From contig JAQGDQ010000965.1 in the NCBI GenBank assembly GCA_030141605.1, positions 1 through 11,278 of the forward strand: 11,278 nt of DNA, given 5' to 3'. Both the position numbers and the translations under genes were made by a program. This document shows, piece after piece, positions 1 through 9,726 of the stretch. The notes under the pieces were generated by a model. It worked only from the letters and a program-made list of their open reading frames with translations. It did not search any database and had not been told where the DNA came from. This DNA comes from Tubiluchus corallicola (Eukaryota > Animalia > Priapulida). Each line of letters opens with the position of its first letter. Position 1 is the first letter of the stretch.

Positions 1-9
1 TATTCATAT

Positions 10-863
10 GCACAACTCACCTGTCATTATAGCACAACTCACCTGTCATTATAGCACAACTCACCTGTCATTATAGCACAACTCACCTGTCATTATAGCA
101 CAACTCACCAGTCATTATAGCACAACTCACCTGTCATTATAGCACAACTCACCTGTCATTATAGCACAACTCACCTGTCATTATAGCATAACTCAATGTC
201 ATTATAGCACAACTCACCTGTCATTATAGCACAACTCACCTGTCATTATAGCACAACTCACCTGTCATTATAGCACAACTCACCTGTCATTATAGCACAA
301 CTCACCTGTCATTATAGCACAACTCACCAGTCATTATAGCACAACTCACCAGTCATTATAGCACAACTCACCAGTCATTATAGCACAACTCACCTGTCAT
401 TATAGCACAACTCACCAGTCATTATAGCACAACTCACCAGTCATTATAGCACAACTCACCAGTCATTATAGCACAACTCACTTGTCATTATAGCACAACT
501 CACTTGTCATTATAGCACAACTCACTTGTCATTATAGCATAACTCACCTATGTCACCTGTCAACTCATTCGCTCAACTCACCTGTCATTATAGCTCAACT
601 CACCAGTCATTATAGCACAACTCACTTGTCATTATAGCATAACTCACCTATGTCACCTGTCAACTCATTCGCTCAACTCACCTGTCATTATAGCTCAACT
701 CACCTGTCATTATAGCACAACTCACCAGTCATTATAGCACAACTCACCAGTCATTATAGCACAACTCACCAGTCATTATAGCATAACTCACTTGTCATTA
801 TAGCATAACTCACCTGTGTCACCTGTCAACTCATTCGCTCAACTCACCTGTCATTATAGCACA
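10..863. repeat. 22-bp minisatellite (GCACAACTCACCTGTCATTATA)n, ~37 units, derived from the exon/intron junction
   Basis: Directly visible head-to-tail units without spacers. Variants CCTGTC/CCAGTC/CTTGTC occur in blocks. Three 34-bp variant units start at 537, 637 and 803. The last unit overlaps the exon 3' end (848-863). Confidence 0.98.
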
Positions 864-978
864 GTGCTAGTGGCGCCTGGGCGTTGGCCAAGAATGAATT
901 CGTTCGTCCCGGGTGGTCGACGTCGTGGATCACTGCCGCGATCAGTGCTGCCACCTGGTCAACTTTCGTCAGCGTATT
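848..978 (-). CDS. PDE8: PDE8 catalytic-domain exon: [43 protein letters not shown](R/S)
   Basis: Manual translation, absent from the ORF track. Acceptor gctttcAG|AAT at 979/978, donor CAG|GTGAGT at 848/847; 131 nt (phase 0 to 2). Contains the PDEase I signature HDxDHPGxxN and LA..YND. Confidence 0.96.
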
Positions 979-1090
979 CTGAAAGCATAGCGAAGCGATA
1001 CATTACTGATAACTTTTGTTTGCGAAGCTTCTCCTTATCGTTACTTTCACGGAAGAAGCTACAGTCACATATGAAGAAAAGCGTCTTATG

Positions 1091-1496
1091 AAACCACTTT
1101 TTCCTCGGACTTCTTATCTGTGGAATTCTCCACCAGAAAATGTTTCCTCTACTAATTACAACCACACTCAATTCAAGAAGATTATCAGTAAATGCTTTCT
1201 ATCAATATCAAAATAAAGGCAAATATGAGCATGAATATATTTAGACATATTTCGCTATGTCAACAAAGCTGATTGAAGAAAAATACATTTAGACAAAAAA
1301 CATTTTTTCCTCGGACACCTTATCTGTGGAATTCTCTACCAGAAATAGTTTTCCCTATCAATTACAGTCTCACCCAATTCAAAATGAACAACAGTAAATG
1401 CTTTCTATCAAGCTGCTAAGGAAACCATTTTTTCCTTGGACTTCGTCTCTGTGGAATTCTCTACCAGAAATAGTTTCCCCTATCAATTACGGCCTC
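1091..1496. repeat. Three diverged direct copies of a ~115-bp unit (third partial)
   Basis: Shared core 'ttttcct(c/t)ggac...tctgtggaattct..accagaaa...aattac'; copies start near 1091, 1298 and 1422. Confidence 0.85.
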
Positions 1497-1662
1497 GTAT
1501 CACTACCAAATTCGTTGTGAATACGAATATGAATATATTTCGCATGAACTTTAGACTTCTCTGCGAACGTTTCCGGCTTTCTATTGCGGCTACTTATCTG
1601 GACTGACCACTGAATGGCCAACGGCCACTCTAGAACAATTGCGATCAACGGGGAATTGTTAC

Positions 1663-1861
1663 CTTTAATTTCTCCCTGTTTAAGAAGTAAGCCGACGCCT
1701 GCAACACGTCGGAGGCGTGGGTGGAATTGTGATATGAGTTCTTGGAGTGGTACCCCGCTTCGATGCGACTCAGCCACGTGTGCAGCATCTTCTCCGGACA
1801 GTTCAGCATCTCGCAGACGCCGAATCGGGCGAATATCTTCAATCCCAAAAACAACAGCGGC
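1663..1861 (-). CDS. PDE8: PDE8 catalytic-domain exon: (R)[15 protein letters not shown]...[34 protein letters not shown]
   Basis: Acceptor ttgccatttcAG|G, donor AAG|GTAACA; 199 nt (phase 2 to 0). Contains the class I PDE YHNxxHxxDV motif. Confidence 0.96.
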
Positions 1862-2102
1862 CTGAAATGGCAAGAAAATAGGACGTTATCAGGGATGAGA
1901 ATGACAAATTGCAAATAACTCCAATGGGGTTCAAGGGAGCCCCCTTGGAGCCAGCAACAAATTGCAAAAAACTCTGAAACAGGCCGTAGGCAGCAAGAAA
2001 TTGCAATTTTGTGACCATAGAGAGCCTCTAAGTGGACTTAAAATATCAATTACCTTGTTTCATGCATAATTTAAAATACCCAACTATCAAGGATACATGA
2101 TA

Positions 2103-2297
2103 CCTAATTGTCTCAAAAATGCCCAAGTACTGGCCGCTCCTATGCAAAAGTTTATAAAAACTGTCTGCAATTGACTCAAATAACTCCGCACAATTGACTC
2201 TGTATTTTTATACATAGAGATCTACACGTGGTTACACTGATGTACGTGATGTAAACAAAGTGACGGCCTGCCAACTAGCGGTCAGCTTGTGAAATAA
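2103..2297. repeat. Dispersed repeat, direct copy of 4728-5027 (probable transposon relic)
   Basis: 'cctaattgtctcaaaaatg...gcaattgactcaaataact...aattgactct' and 'ggttacactgatgta...gtaaacaaagtgacggcc...caactagcggtcagct' occur at both places. The second copy has ~100 bp more between the two blocks. Confidence 0.85.
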
Positions 2298-2629
2298 TGT
2301 ACTGGGTCCGTAAAAATTTTCTCAACGAATTTACGCGATTTACAAAAATGGCACTACTGGTCTTCCAAAAACTCAGAAAATTCTCATCCCTGCGTTATGC
2401 ATCACGGTGCAATCATCATGTCGTTAAAAACAGCAAAAAAGAAAATGAAAAAACTAATTAGTTACTTGGTCTATAAAATCTGGCTGACATGTACAGCACT
2501 TTTTTCGTAAAAGAAACAGCAGAAACCTCGAGGTTGCAATGATAGCCTCTTAATAATAGCCGTAATTGATGGAAATTATAATAAATTGGAACTACGCTTG
2601 GTGCTGATATATATGATGTTAAAGCGTGC

Positions 2630-2960
2630 CTGATTAAAGGAAGACAGGATGATTTTTCAAACACTATCCCATTTTCAAGTCCGATAAAAAGTATACATTT
2701 TAACACAATTAATACTGCAAAAGCGCTTCTGATGATAAATTAATTGATTAAAAAGCTTAATAAATGGTGTGTGACCCCAACTGTTGATCACATCACAAAC
2801 TAACATAATTTTCAGCAGCAAAAAATTCCACCAGCGTGTTGCACGTGTTCACAAAAGCGAAAATTAAAGTACAGCGCTACCATAAGACATTCAGTGTGTT
2901 GTACTAAAATTAGGCAAGTTTTAAGATAAAAATTCAAGTTTCTAATTCTAAAATGCACGA
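2630..2960. repeat. Dispersed repeat, inverted relative to 10218-10510
   Basis: 2776-2942 is the reverse complement of 10244-10413, including a 49-nt core (2889-2937) with one mismatch. Weaker gapped similarity extends further out. Confidence 0.88.
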
Positions 2961-3291
2961 GCTGTAGAACGTGTGTAGTTTGTCACAAACTAACACATCT
3001 GAACCGAGCGGTACGGCACCTGTTTTTTGCGCAATGCATTTCCGAAATGCAGGCGCTAGTGAATGGCGAAATGCATGTAACAGCGAAGAACTAGTGGCGC
3101 GAACGTGAAATTGTGTTTGTGTGGTAACAATTCTTTCACGTAAGTCATTTTTGTTGAAAAGATAGAATGTTTCATTTCAATATTTTAAAGAATAGATTGT
3201 TTTGACTTACGGTTTAAGATTGGATCTGGGTTTTGCTTTACTTATATATAGAAAATTAATAGGAATAGTATGAATGTAAACTTACACAGCT

Positions 3292-3492
3292 TATTTATCT
3301 TCTTACAAGACGACTGTATATATATATATCCCTTATATTAATATTCTTGGTATATATATTTATTTATATATAAGATTCGAGGCTTCGACGACGGCACCAT
3401 TTGCAGCGATCTATACATCAAACGAAAGGTCTCGATCTAGTGTCGTCCCCTTATATATATATATATTCAGTCGTCTTGTAACAAGATAAATA
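3292..3492. mobile_element. ~200-bp MITE-like element with ~38-bp terminal inverted repeats
   Basis: tatttatcttcttacaagacgactgtatatatatatat (from 3292) versus atatatatatattcagtcgtcttgtaacaagataaata (to 3492), two mismatches; TA at both ends. Confidence 0.75.
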
Positions 3493-3650
3493 CATATATA
3501 TGTATATGTATATGTGTATGTGTATATACATATACATATATATATATATACACATATATATATATATACATATGCATATATACATGTATACCATAAACAA
3601 TTTGAAATTATAGAAAATACATATATACATGTGAGTTTTTCTATATCATA
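3491..3650. repeat. (AT)n/(ATAC)n-type compound microsatellite
   Basis: Low-complexity alternating purine-pyrimidine run, just downstream of the 3671 donor in transcript orientation. Confidence 0.85.
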
Positions 3651-3670
3651 TATAAATTTCGAATAATTAC

Positions 3671-4032
3671 CGTTTATCAGTTAGCTTTTCTAACTGAATA
3701 ACATTAATACTCCATTGGTCGTCTCTTTCTAATATCTTTTGCACCTCTGGAGACGACTTCAACGTCAGTAGCGTGGGCGGCAATGCCGACGTCAGTCCGT
3801 GCTGTGCCCTCATATGCATCTCGTGTCCCGGGGAGGCCGGCAACGAATGCTTCTTGTAGGTGCGGGCCATCAGACCGTCCATGTAGTCGGCCGTCATCTC
3901 GTCGTGTTCCAACACGTTCTCGTTCAGCGGCGAGTACAGTTCGGACGATCGCAGGATGTCCAAGACTTTGTCCAGTAGAGGCACTACAGTCCCGGGACAG
4001 TTCTCTTGCACGGCACTAATGATATTTACAAC
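3671..4032 (-). CDS. PDE8: PDE8 internal exon: VVNIISAVQENCPGTVVPLLDKVLDILRSSELYSP...QWSINVIQLEKLTDK(R)
   Basis: Acceptor ttatgtttccAG|GTT, donor CG|GTAATT; 362 nt (phase 0 to 2). Continues the PDE8 motif (V.NII.A.QE..P...LD.VL.ILR..ELYSP) and reaches the W.F.I..LE-type start of the catalytic domain. Confidence 0.95.
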
Positions 4033-4051
4033 CTGGAAACATAAATGTAGT

Positions 4052-4133
4052 TGACACTTCCGTGCCACCAAATAGATAGTATCACACAAAATTACGAGTA
4101 TTCGTGACACTTCAGTGCCACCAAATGGATAGT
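4052..4133. repeat. 29-bp direct repeat pair inside the 137-bp intron
   Basis: tgacacttccgtgccaccaaatagatagt (4052-4080) and tgacacttcagtgccaccaaatggatagt (4105-4133), two mismatches. Confidence 0.85.
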
Positions 4134-4169
4134 TGGTACCAAAACAGATGAAGAGAGAAAAAAACCTAC

Positions 4170-4246
4170 CTTTGTTATTGGCGCTTCTATGGTCATAGAG
4201 TGAATCCTCGCCATAGACTGACGGCGTGATAACGGATGCATACCAC
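4170..4246 (-). CDS. PDE8: PDE8 internal exon: GMHPLSRRQSMARIHSMTIEAPITK
   Basis: Acceptor ttttcaatacAG|GT, donor AAG|GTAGGT; 77 nt (phase 1 to 0). SMARIHSMTIEAPITK is the PDE8-specific conserved motif upstream of the catalytic domain. Confidence 0.95.
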
Positions 4247-4594
4247 CTGTATTGAAAAGAGAAAAAAATCGATCACCATTACGTAAAAAAATGATGAACA
4301 CAAATACTCAAAAACCAAAAACAATAGCAGAACTCTTTGATTCAAGCTGCAGACTTAAAAGCGAGTTAAAAACGGAATCGCTGTTCGTTAAAAAATATGA
4401 AATTTTCATCGTGCGAAAGTCCGATTTATAAAACTTTATATAACTGAAAACTTGTAATTACATTTAGACTGATTTAAGAAAAATGAAATTTGCTTAGATA
4501 CAAAAATTTATCAACCTTACTAATTTTCACTTTGTGCAAATCCTGTTTAAGCTATTCGTGCAGTTTGTGTCCTTGCAGATAGGACAATGAAATA

Positions 4595-5131
4595 AACTCA
4601 TATCTCGGTTTGCCGGACAAAAGCGGGGAGCCGTCGGTCCGAATTTGACGAATGTCCGTAGTTACCGATACTAAGCAAATACAGTAGGTGCCCATGCATT
4701 AGACTCACGGTAATGTAGAATCAATCTCCTAATTGTCTCAAAAATGTTTAGTACGGGCCGCTTCTACGCAAAAGTATATAAAAACTGTCGGCAATTGACT
4801 CAAATAACTGCGCATAATTGACTCTATATTTTTTCTGCACATGCTTAAATAAATATGTGCGACCAATGAGATTTTACTATTTCTATATCGTCTTACTTTG
4901 CTTTTTTACGCTATATACGTAGAAACAATCAGGTCAAGTACAGTTCATTACACGCTGCTTGGTTACACTGATGTAATGACGTAAACAAAGTGACGGCCCG
5001 ACAACTAGCGGTCAGCTCGCGAAATAAACAACGGACTCTGTTCATAGTATGTGGGACTTTCTAATGCTCCAGATTTGTCCGTTTCTACGGGTATCCGTAA
5101 AAGCGAAGTCCGGCGAACAGAGATATGAGTG
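4595..5131. mobile_element. Putative non-autonomous DNA transposon with a 23-bp inverted repeat, family unassigned
   Basis: actcatatctcggtttgccggac (4596-4618) versus gtccggcgaacagagatatgagt (5108-5130), 21/23 match. The interior is shared with 2103-2297. These repeats may be subterminal rather than terminal. Confidence 0.55.
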
Positions 5132-5233
5132 TAAAGTGTAATCATGATCGTGAGTAATCACAATCGTGAGTAATCATAAAACGGCAAGCGAAGCGAGAAG
5201 AATAGTGCTACACAGAAACTCGCTAGAATAGTT

Positions 5234-5329
5234 TTAACTCCTTCAGGACCGTAAGTGTTTGCTGTGTGTTAGAACATGAATACAGTAACATCCCAAACTT
5301 AACTCTTTCAGGACCGTAAGAGTTTGCTG
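5234..5329. repeat. 31-bp direct duplication resembling a TTAA-anchored (piggyBac-like) element end
   Basis: ttaactccttcaggaccgtaagtgtttgctg (5234-5264) and ttaactctttcaggaccgtaagagtttgctg (5299-5329). Confidence 0.65.
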
Positions 5330-5942
5330 CCTTTTGCGCGGGTTCATGAAAAACTGCCGTCACAGAGCAGCGATCTCATTATATTTGATAATTTTTGTAG
5401 TTTTCTACTCCTCACACAGTGGATTTTCATAAAATTATACACGAAATGCATTTGCTTACCTTGGTCAAATTAAAAATCGATTTTTGATGCGACAAAAATG
5501 AAAAAGGCTTTCAGTAACTGCAGTGTTTGCACTGTAACAATGTACAGTATCACTTGTGTGAAATCGGCTAATGCAGAAAATTTCAACTATACAGGTACAA
5601 CACTCTGATAAAATTTGGCCTCAAATCTACTCTATTTCTAAGGAGAAATTCCTGTTAAAAGATGAAATGACCTTAATTTATCCTTGGCTGATTGGCTGTT
5701 TTTTTTTTCTGGAACTCTGTACAGCAGACAGTTCTCTTGGGCTGTAGCAAGCAGGCAATCAATAAAATTGTGTGTACGATCACGCATGTGTACACCAGAC
5801 TACGCTACTCGATAAGCCAAGTTGGAGTGCCCAAAAGGGCGTGCTCATCTTAATTTTATCCAATTAAATCACTTAAGCAAATAGCACGATTGGATAGACG
5901 AGATTCTCCTGAATAGAACAGTGCCTAATTTGTAATTTCCAA

Positions 5943-6270
5943 CATGTCTACTAACCCTAACCATTCTTTCATTCACTCATTTCTGCCACCCCTTCCTTCT
6001 TCCTATCCCTAATCTTACTATTTTTTTCCATTCCATCATGTCTACTAACCCTAACCATTCTTTCATTCACTCATCCTCCCCTCCCTTCCTTCTTCCTATC
6101 CCTAATCTTACTATTTTTTCCATTCCATCATGTCTACTAACCCTAACCATTCTTTCAATCACTCATCCTCCCCTCCCTTCCTTCTTCCCATCCCTAATCT
6201 TAATATTTTTCCATTCCATCATGTCTACTAATCCTAACCATTCTTTCATTCACTCATCTGTGCCACCCTA
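5943..6270. repeat. ~92-bp pyrimidine-rich tandem repeat, ~3.5 copies
   Basis: Units begin 'catgtctactaa(c/t)cctaaccattctttca' at 5943, 6037, 6129 and 6220. Confidence 0.95.
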
Positions 6271-6804
6271 ACAAGCCAAGCTTTCAAGGTGTCATACAGC
6301 AACTCTTTTATTTGGTTAATTTGACTTCATCAACGGTTTTTTTACCTATACTGTTTCTTTTTGTTTCAATAATATTGTATGTTGATGTATTGTATATGTC
6401 TTGCTGGAGTGAAATAAATTGATTGATTAAACATTTAGTTAGGTCTCTTTCACACAGTAGCAGAAATGTCATAAGTCTTATAAGAGCTATTCTGAGAGGT
6501 GCAGCCCTGAAGGAGTTGAGTACAACAAGTCCAAGATCATTAAATTCAGATACGCCGGGGCAAAGCGACACCCGGATCATAACTAGTTAAGAAAAACAAC
6601 CACTTCAAAACAAATCGCGAGCGTTTGTTTATTATTTCGAAACGTCTGATTTGTTATCGCATCAGCACGAGTGCGGATGATGCGGAGCGTGCGGTCGAGG
6701 GAATCGAGTTTAGTGGCAAAAACACAAGGTTGCCACACCGGCTGCAGAAATCGCACAAAATTTCTCTACAAAGAAGCCTCTGCGGGTGCCCCGTACAAGT
6801 GATG

Positions 6805-6842
6805 GGCGATTAATAGATTAATCGATTAATCTATTAATCGCC
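6805..6842. repeat. Perfect 38-bp palindrome
   Basis: GGCGATTAATAGATTAATCGATTAATCTATTAATCGCC equals its own reverse complement. Confidence 0.95.
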
Positions 6843-7092
6843 ATTACAACTACGTGTAAAAATTAATTTATTCGAGGACTCGGCAGCAATTAACCCTTAC
6901 AGGGTCACGATTTTTTACGACCAATTTTGGTAACCGGGGGGGGGGGGTTGTGTAAAAAATTACCCCCACCATAATTCGTAATTTACTTTCGATAAACCGC
7001 CGTGTTTCATTAGTAAACAGCAACAGCATAATTTGTGGTTATGTTGACCACCATAGGATACATTATACCTCTGCTTAAACACATGTGACTTA

Positions 7093-7484
7093 CCGTATTT
7101 TCCCGTGTATAAGAGACCCTTTTTTGCTCAGAATTTTCACTTTAAAAATAGGGTGTCTCTTATACATGGGAGTAAGTCCAGAATGGAATGGTGTAAAGCC
7201 AAAGGTCATTATTAAATCTTTCAAGAAGTGTGGCATCTCCAATGCCATGGACGGCACAGAGGACAATGCCATTTTTGAACAGAGTGACTCCTCTGATGAT
7301 GAACTGGCTGGAATTGCTGAAGGTCTGACTCCAGTTGATATTTTTGATGAGAGTGATGAGGAATTTAATGATTTCTATGATGAATAAAGTTATTCATTAC
7401 CAAAAAACTTTTTTCCAGAATTTTTGCCTAAAAATTGAAGGGGTCTCTTATACACAAGGGTCTCTTATACATGGGAAAATACGG
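7093..7484 (+). mobile_element. Internally deleted pogo/Tc2-type (Tc1/mariner superfamily) DNA transposon retaining the transposase C-terminus
   Basis: TIRs CCGTATTTTCCCGTGTATAAGAGACCC / GGGTCTCTTATACATGGGAAAATACGG (26/27), TA on both sides (7091-92, 7485-86), extra subterminal TCTCTTATACA copies. Frame ~7181-7387 reads W..V..KVIIKSFKKCGISNAMDGTEDNAIF plus an acidic tail, typical of pogo-family transposase C-termini. Confidence 0.9.
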
Positions 7485-7605
7485 TACTAGTAATATGAAA
7501 TTTAAATTCACTTAGTTACGTTCCCTTATCTATGCTGGAATAACTGTAGACAACCGACATTGCAACGCCTGTGCAAAAATCATTGTTATTTTGAATTTGT
7601 TGTCT

Positions 7606-7920
7606 ACTAAAGGCCGCTAAAGGTCTTTTCGAAGTGTTTAACAAAGTATCTGGTAGATGGCAGCACTATGCACATAGCACCTTCTGTCTTATATCTCACC
7701 GTTTTTAAAGCACTGCTGCCAACAATCGCAGTGATAATGAGTACAGTAACTCTTTAAGACCTTCCTTGAAATGTTCAGCAAAGTATCTGGTAGATGGCAG
7801 CACTATGCACGTACCACCTTCTGCCTCGTATCTCACCGTTTTTAAAGCACAATGTGTAGGGCAACACACTAAAGGCCTTCTTCAAAATGTTTAACAAAGT
7901 AGATGGCAGCACTATGTGCA
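7606..7920. repeat. Diverged tandem repeat, about 2.5 units of 110-137 bp
   Basis: Core 'agatggcagcactatg' at 7655, 7792 and 7901; 'tatctcaccgtttttaaagcac' occurs twice. Confidence 0.85.
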
Positions 7921-8027
7921 TACCCGTACTGCAGCGAGCCTAACTCCATTGAAGCCGGCCGCGCCAGATTACGAATATTTCAGATTTCATGTCCCCGTGG
8001 CCGATCTTGCATCGACGCCAGGTTTAA

Positions 8028-8486
8028 CCCTTTCAGTCCCAAATTATTTTTTCAATAAGAAAAAAATTTTTGGCTTGGTACTTTTGTTCAGTATGTCCAC
8101 CTTGTTTACACATAATAATTATTTTTTTCTACCTGTGCCCGTGTGCTAAATATAGCCTGTATCCCACGGGATACATTGGGATTCAATGGAAGCATAAAAT
8201 GTGCTTCATTTTGCAACTGCTGATAATTTTTTAAAGTATTTAAGACATTTAGTATGCATGCTATGCTGATCTGTACAAAGTCGTCTCTAAAGTACTGTAC
8301 CTTGCGCAGTTTTTTATGCTATGTAGATTTTCTAGTTTGCCATTTTATCATCATTTTAGTCTATTGCTATTGGCTTAAATCAAAATAACTATTAACAGAT
8401 CAAATAACTGTCAGTTTTAAAATTGTATTAATTTTAAAGGCAGAAAATATTCTCGTATCCCACGGGATACAACGGGTATGAAAGGG
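8028..8486. mobile_element. piggyBac-like MITE (459 bp)
   Basis: TTAA on both sides (8024-27, 8487-90). Ends CCCTTTCAGTCCC / GGGTATGAAAGGG (11/13). Internal palindromic motif GTATCCCACGGGATAC at 8159 and 8455. Confidence 0.75.
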
Positions 8487-9378
8487 TTAATACCGGGCAG
8501 CAAGAGACCACAAGAAGCCATGCGCTCAGAGGTAAAATCGGGATTTGAATAGCAGGAGGAAGAAAACCGACCTCACGACTTCCGCGAGCAAACTTTAGAC
8601 GAGACAAAAGCGGCGCACACAACTGAAGAGCTAAACAGCAAACACAGTAGATGAACACGTGCTTTCCTCGACAAAGCAAAAGGCTTAGCTGAAACAATTC
8701 AAATAGAGTCTAAGCTGAAAAGAATCAATAAAAAACATCTAAAAACACAAAAACAAACTTTAAACAGAGTGTGCAACAGATATCACAGTTTTCGTTCAGA
8801 CTGTCACTTATTTCCTCCAGACTGTTGAAAAATCACTGTCACTCAAAAGCACAAATCCTTTAATTATTTGAGAACCTTTACTATCAACACGAACATCCTT
8901 ACTACTGCATGCCTACTACTTTCTTGATCGCCTAGCATTGATCTTGACTGACAGTGATTAGTCGTCTGCGAGAACGCATGACAGTCCGTACAGCACAGTG
9001 CAGAACGGCACGACACACAGGGGTGCGATTTAGCACTAACCCTCACTGCTGATTGATCGTACGTCCCCGGAGAGCTTATACAGCGAACGTATGCTATTGC
9101 GCCTCATGTGGAGTTCTAGATGAACGCACAAAAACAAGCAACGAAAATGTTAGTAAACAAACAATTATGTCACGTAAGATAAGCATTCATGTTACGGCAC
9201 GCACTGCCTTGTCATGCTAGCCTTGCAAACCATGCTTTTGTAAACCGCAGGGCACAACTAAGACACATCTCTCAACCTACTGAAACAAGAGGTCGATATA
9301 AAGAAGAAATAATACGGGCCCTAGTCCTGATCCCCGAGGGACACCATTGCTCCATGCTCCAACTAACACAATTTACTC

Positions 9379-9726
9379 CAGGGGTGTGCAAATTATCTGA
9401 CTAGCCGGGCCATATTAAACATTCCCGCAATTCCTGTGGGCCACATGCAGTTTGGTCAAGGAGCCAAGTACAGTAGGACCGATTTTTGCAACCGATTTGC
9501 GCACATCATTACTACTGCACTACTACACTCAAGAAACTATTTTAGAAGTTATTAAAATTGATATTAAAAATCATATATTGCATCATGTCCGACAGTGACA
9601 TTAAGTGATAACGGTCTTGTAAGGGTTAATGCCATCCGATCTAGACGAAAAAACTACCCGCACTATCTGTGCGATATTGGTGCAGACTTCAGCTGGATCG
9701 CGTGGGCCGCAGTTTGCACACCCCTG
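9379..9726. mobile_element. hAT-superfamily MITE (348 bp)
   Basis: Perfect 14-bp TIR CAGGGGTGTGCAAA / TTTGCACACCCCTG and perfect 8-bp target-site duplication ATTTACTC (9371-9378, 9727-9734); subterminal GGGCC motifs. Confidence 0.93.

Noticed and set aside
10-863. CRISPR array
   Set aside because: Units are contiguous with no unique spacers, no cas genes are present, and the context is a spliced eukaryotic gene.
816-1873. ORF-track ORFs 816-1091(+), 959-1171(-), 1016-1216(+), 1487-1873(-), 1614-1865(+)
   Set aside because: Antisense or off-frame shadows of the PDE8 exons or of intronic repeats; no recognisable motifs.
3783-4019. 78-aa plus-strand ORF
   Set aside because: Antisense shadow of the GC-rich PDE8 exon.
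5943-6271. 77-aa ORF, and TAACCCTAACC as an interstitial telomere
   Set aside because: The ORF is a translation of the tandem repeat with unit lengths mostly not multiples of 3; only ~2 telomere-like hexamers per unit.
6308-9404. Short ORFs at 6308, 6625, 7090, 7916, 8434, 8864 and 9189 as genes or additional PDE8 exons
   Set aside because: No PDE8-like or other recognisable motifs and no convincing splice-site pairs; several overlap transposon relics.
5303-9625. One 4.3-kb piggyBac element bounded by TTAA-CTCTTTCAGGACCGT and ACGGTCTTGTAAGGG-TTAA
   Set aside because: Only 12/15 match, no transposase inside, and the right end lies within the TSD-bounded hAT MITE, which is incompatible with simple nesting.
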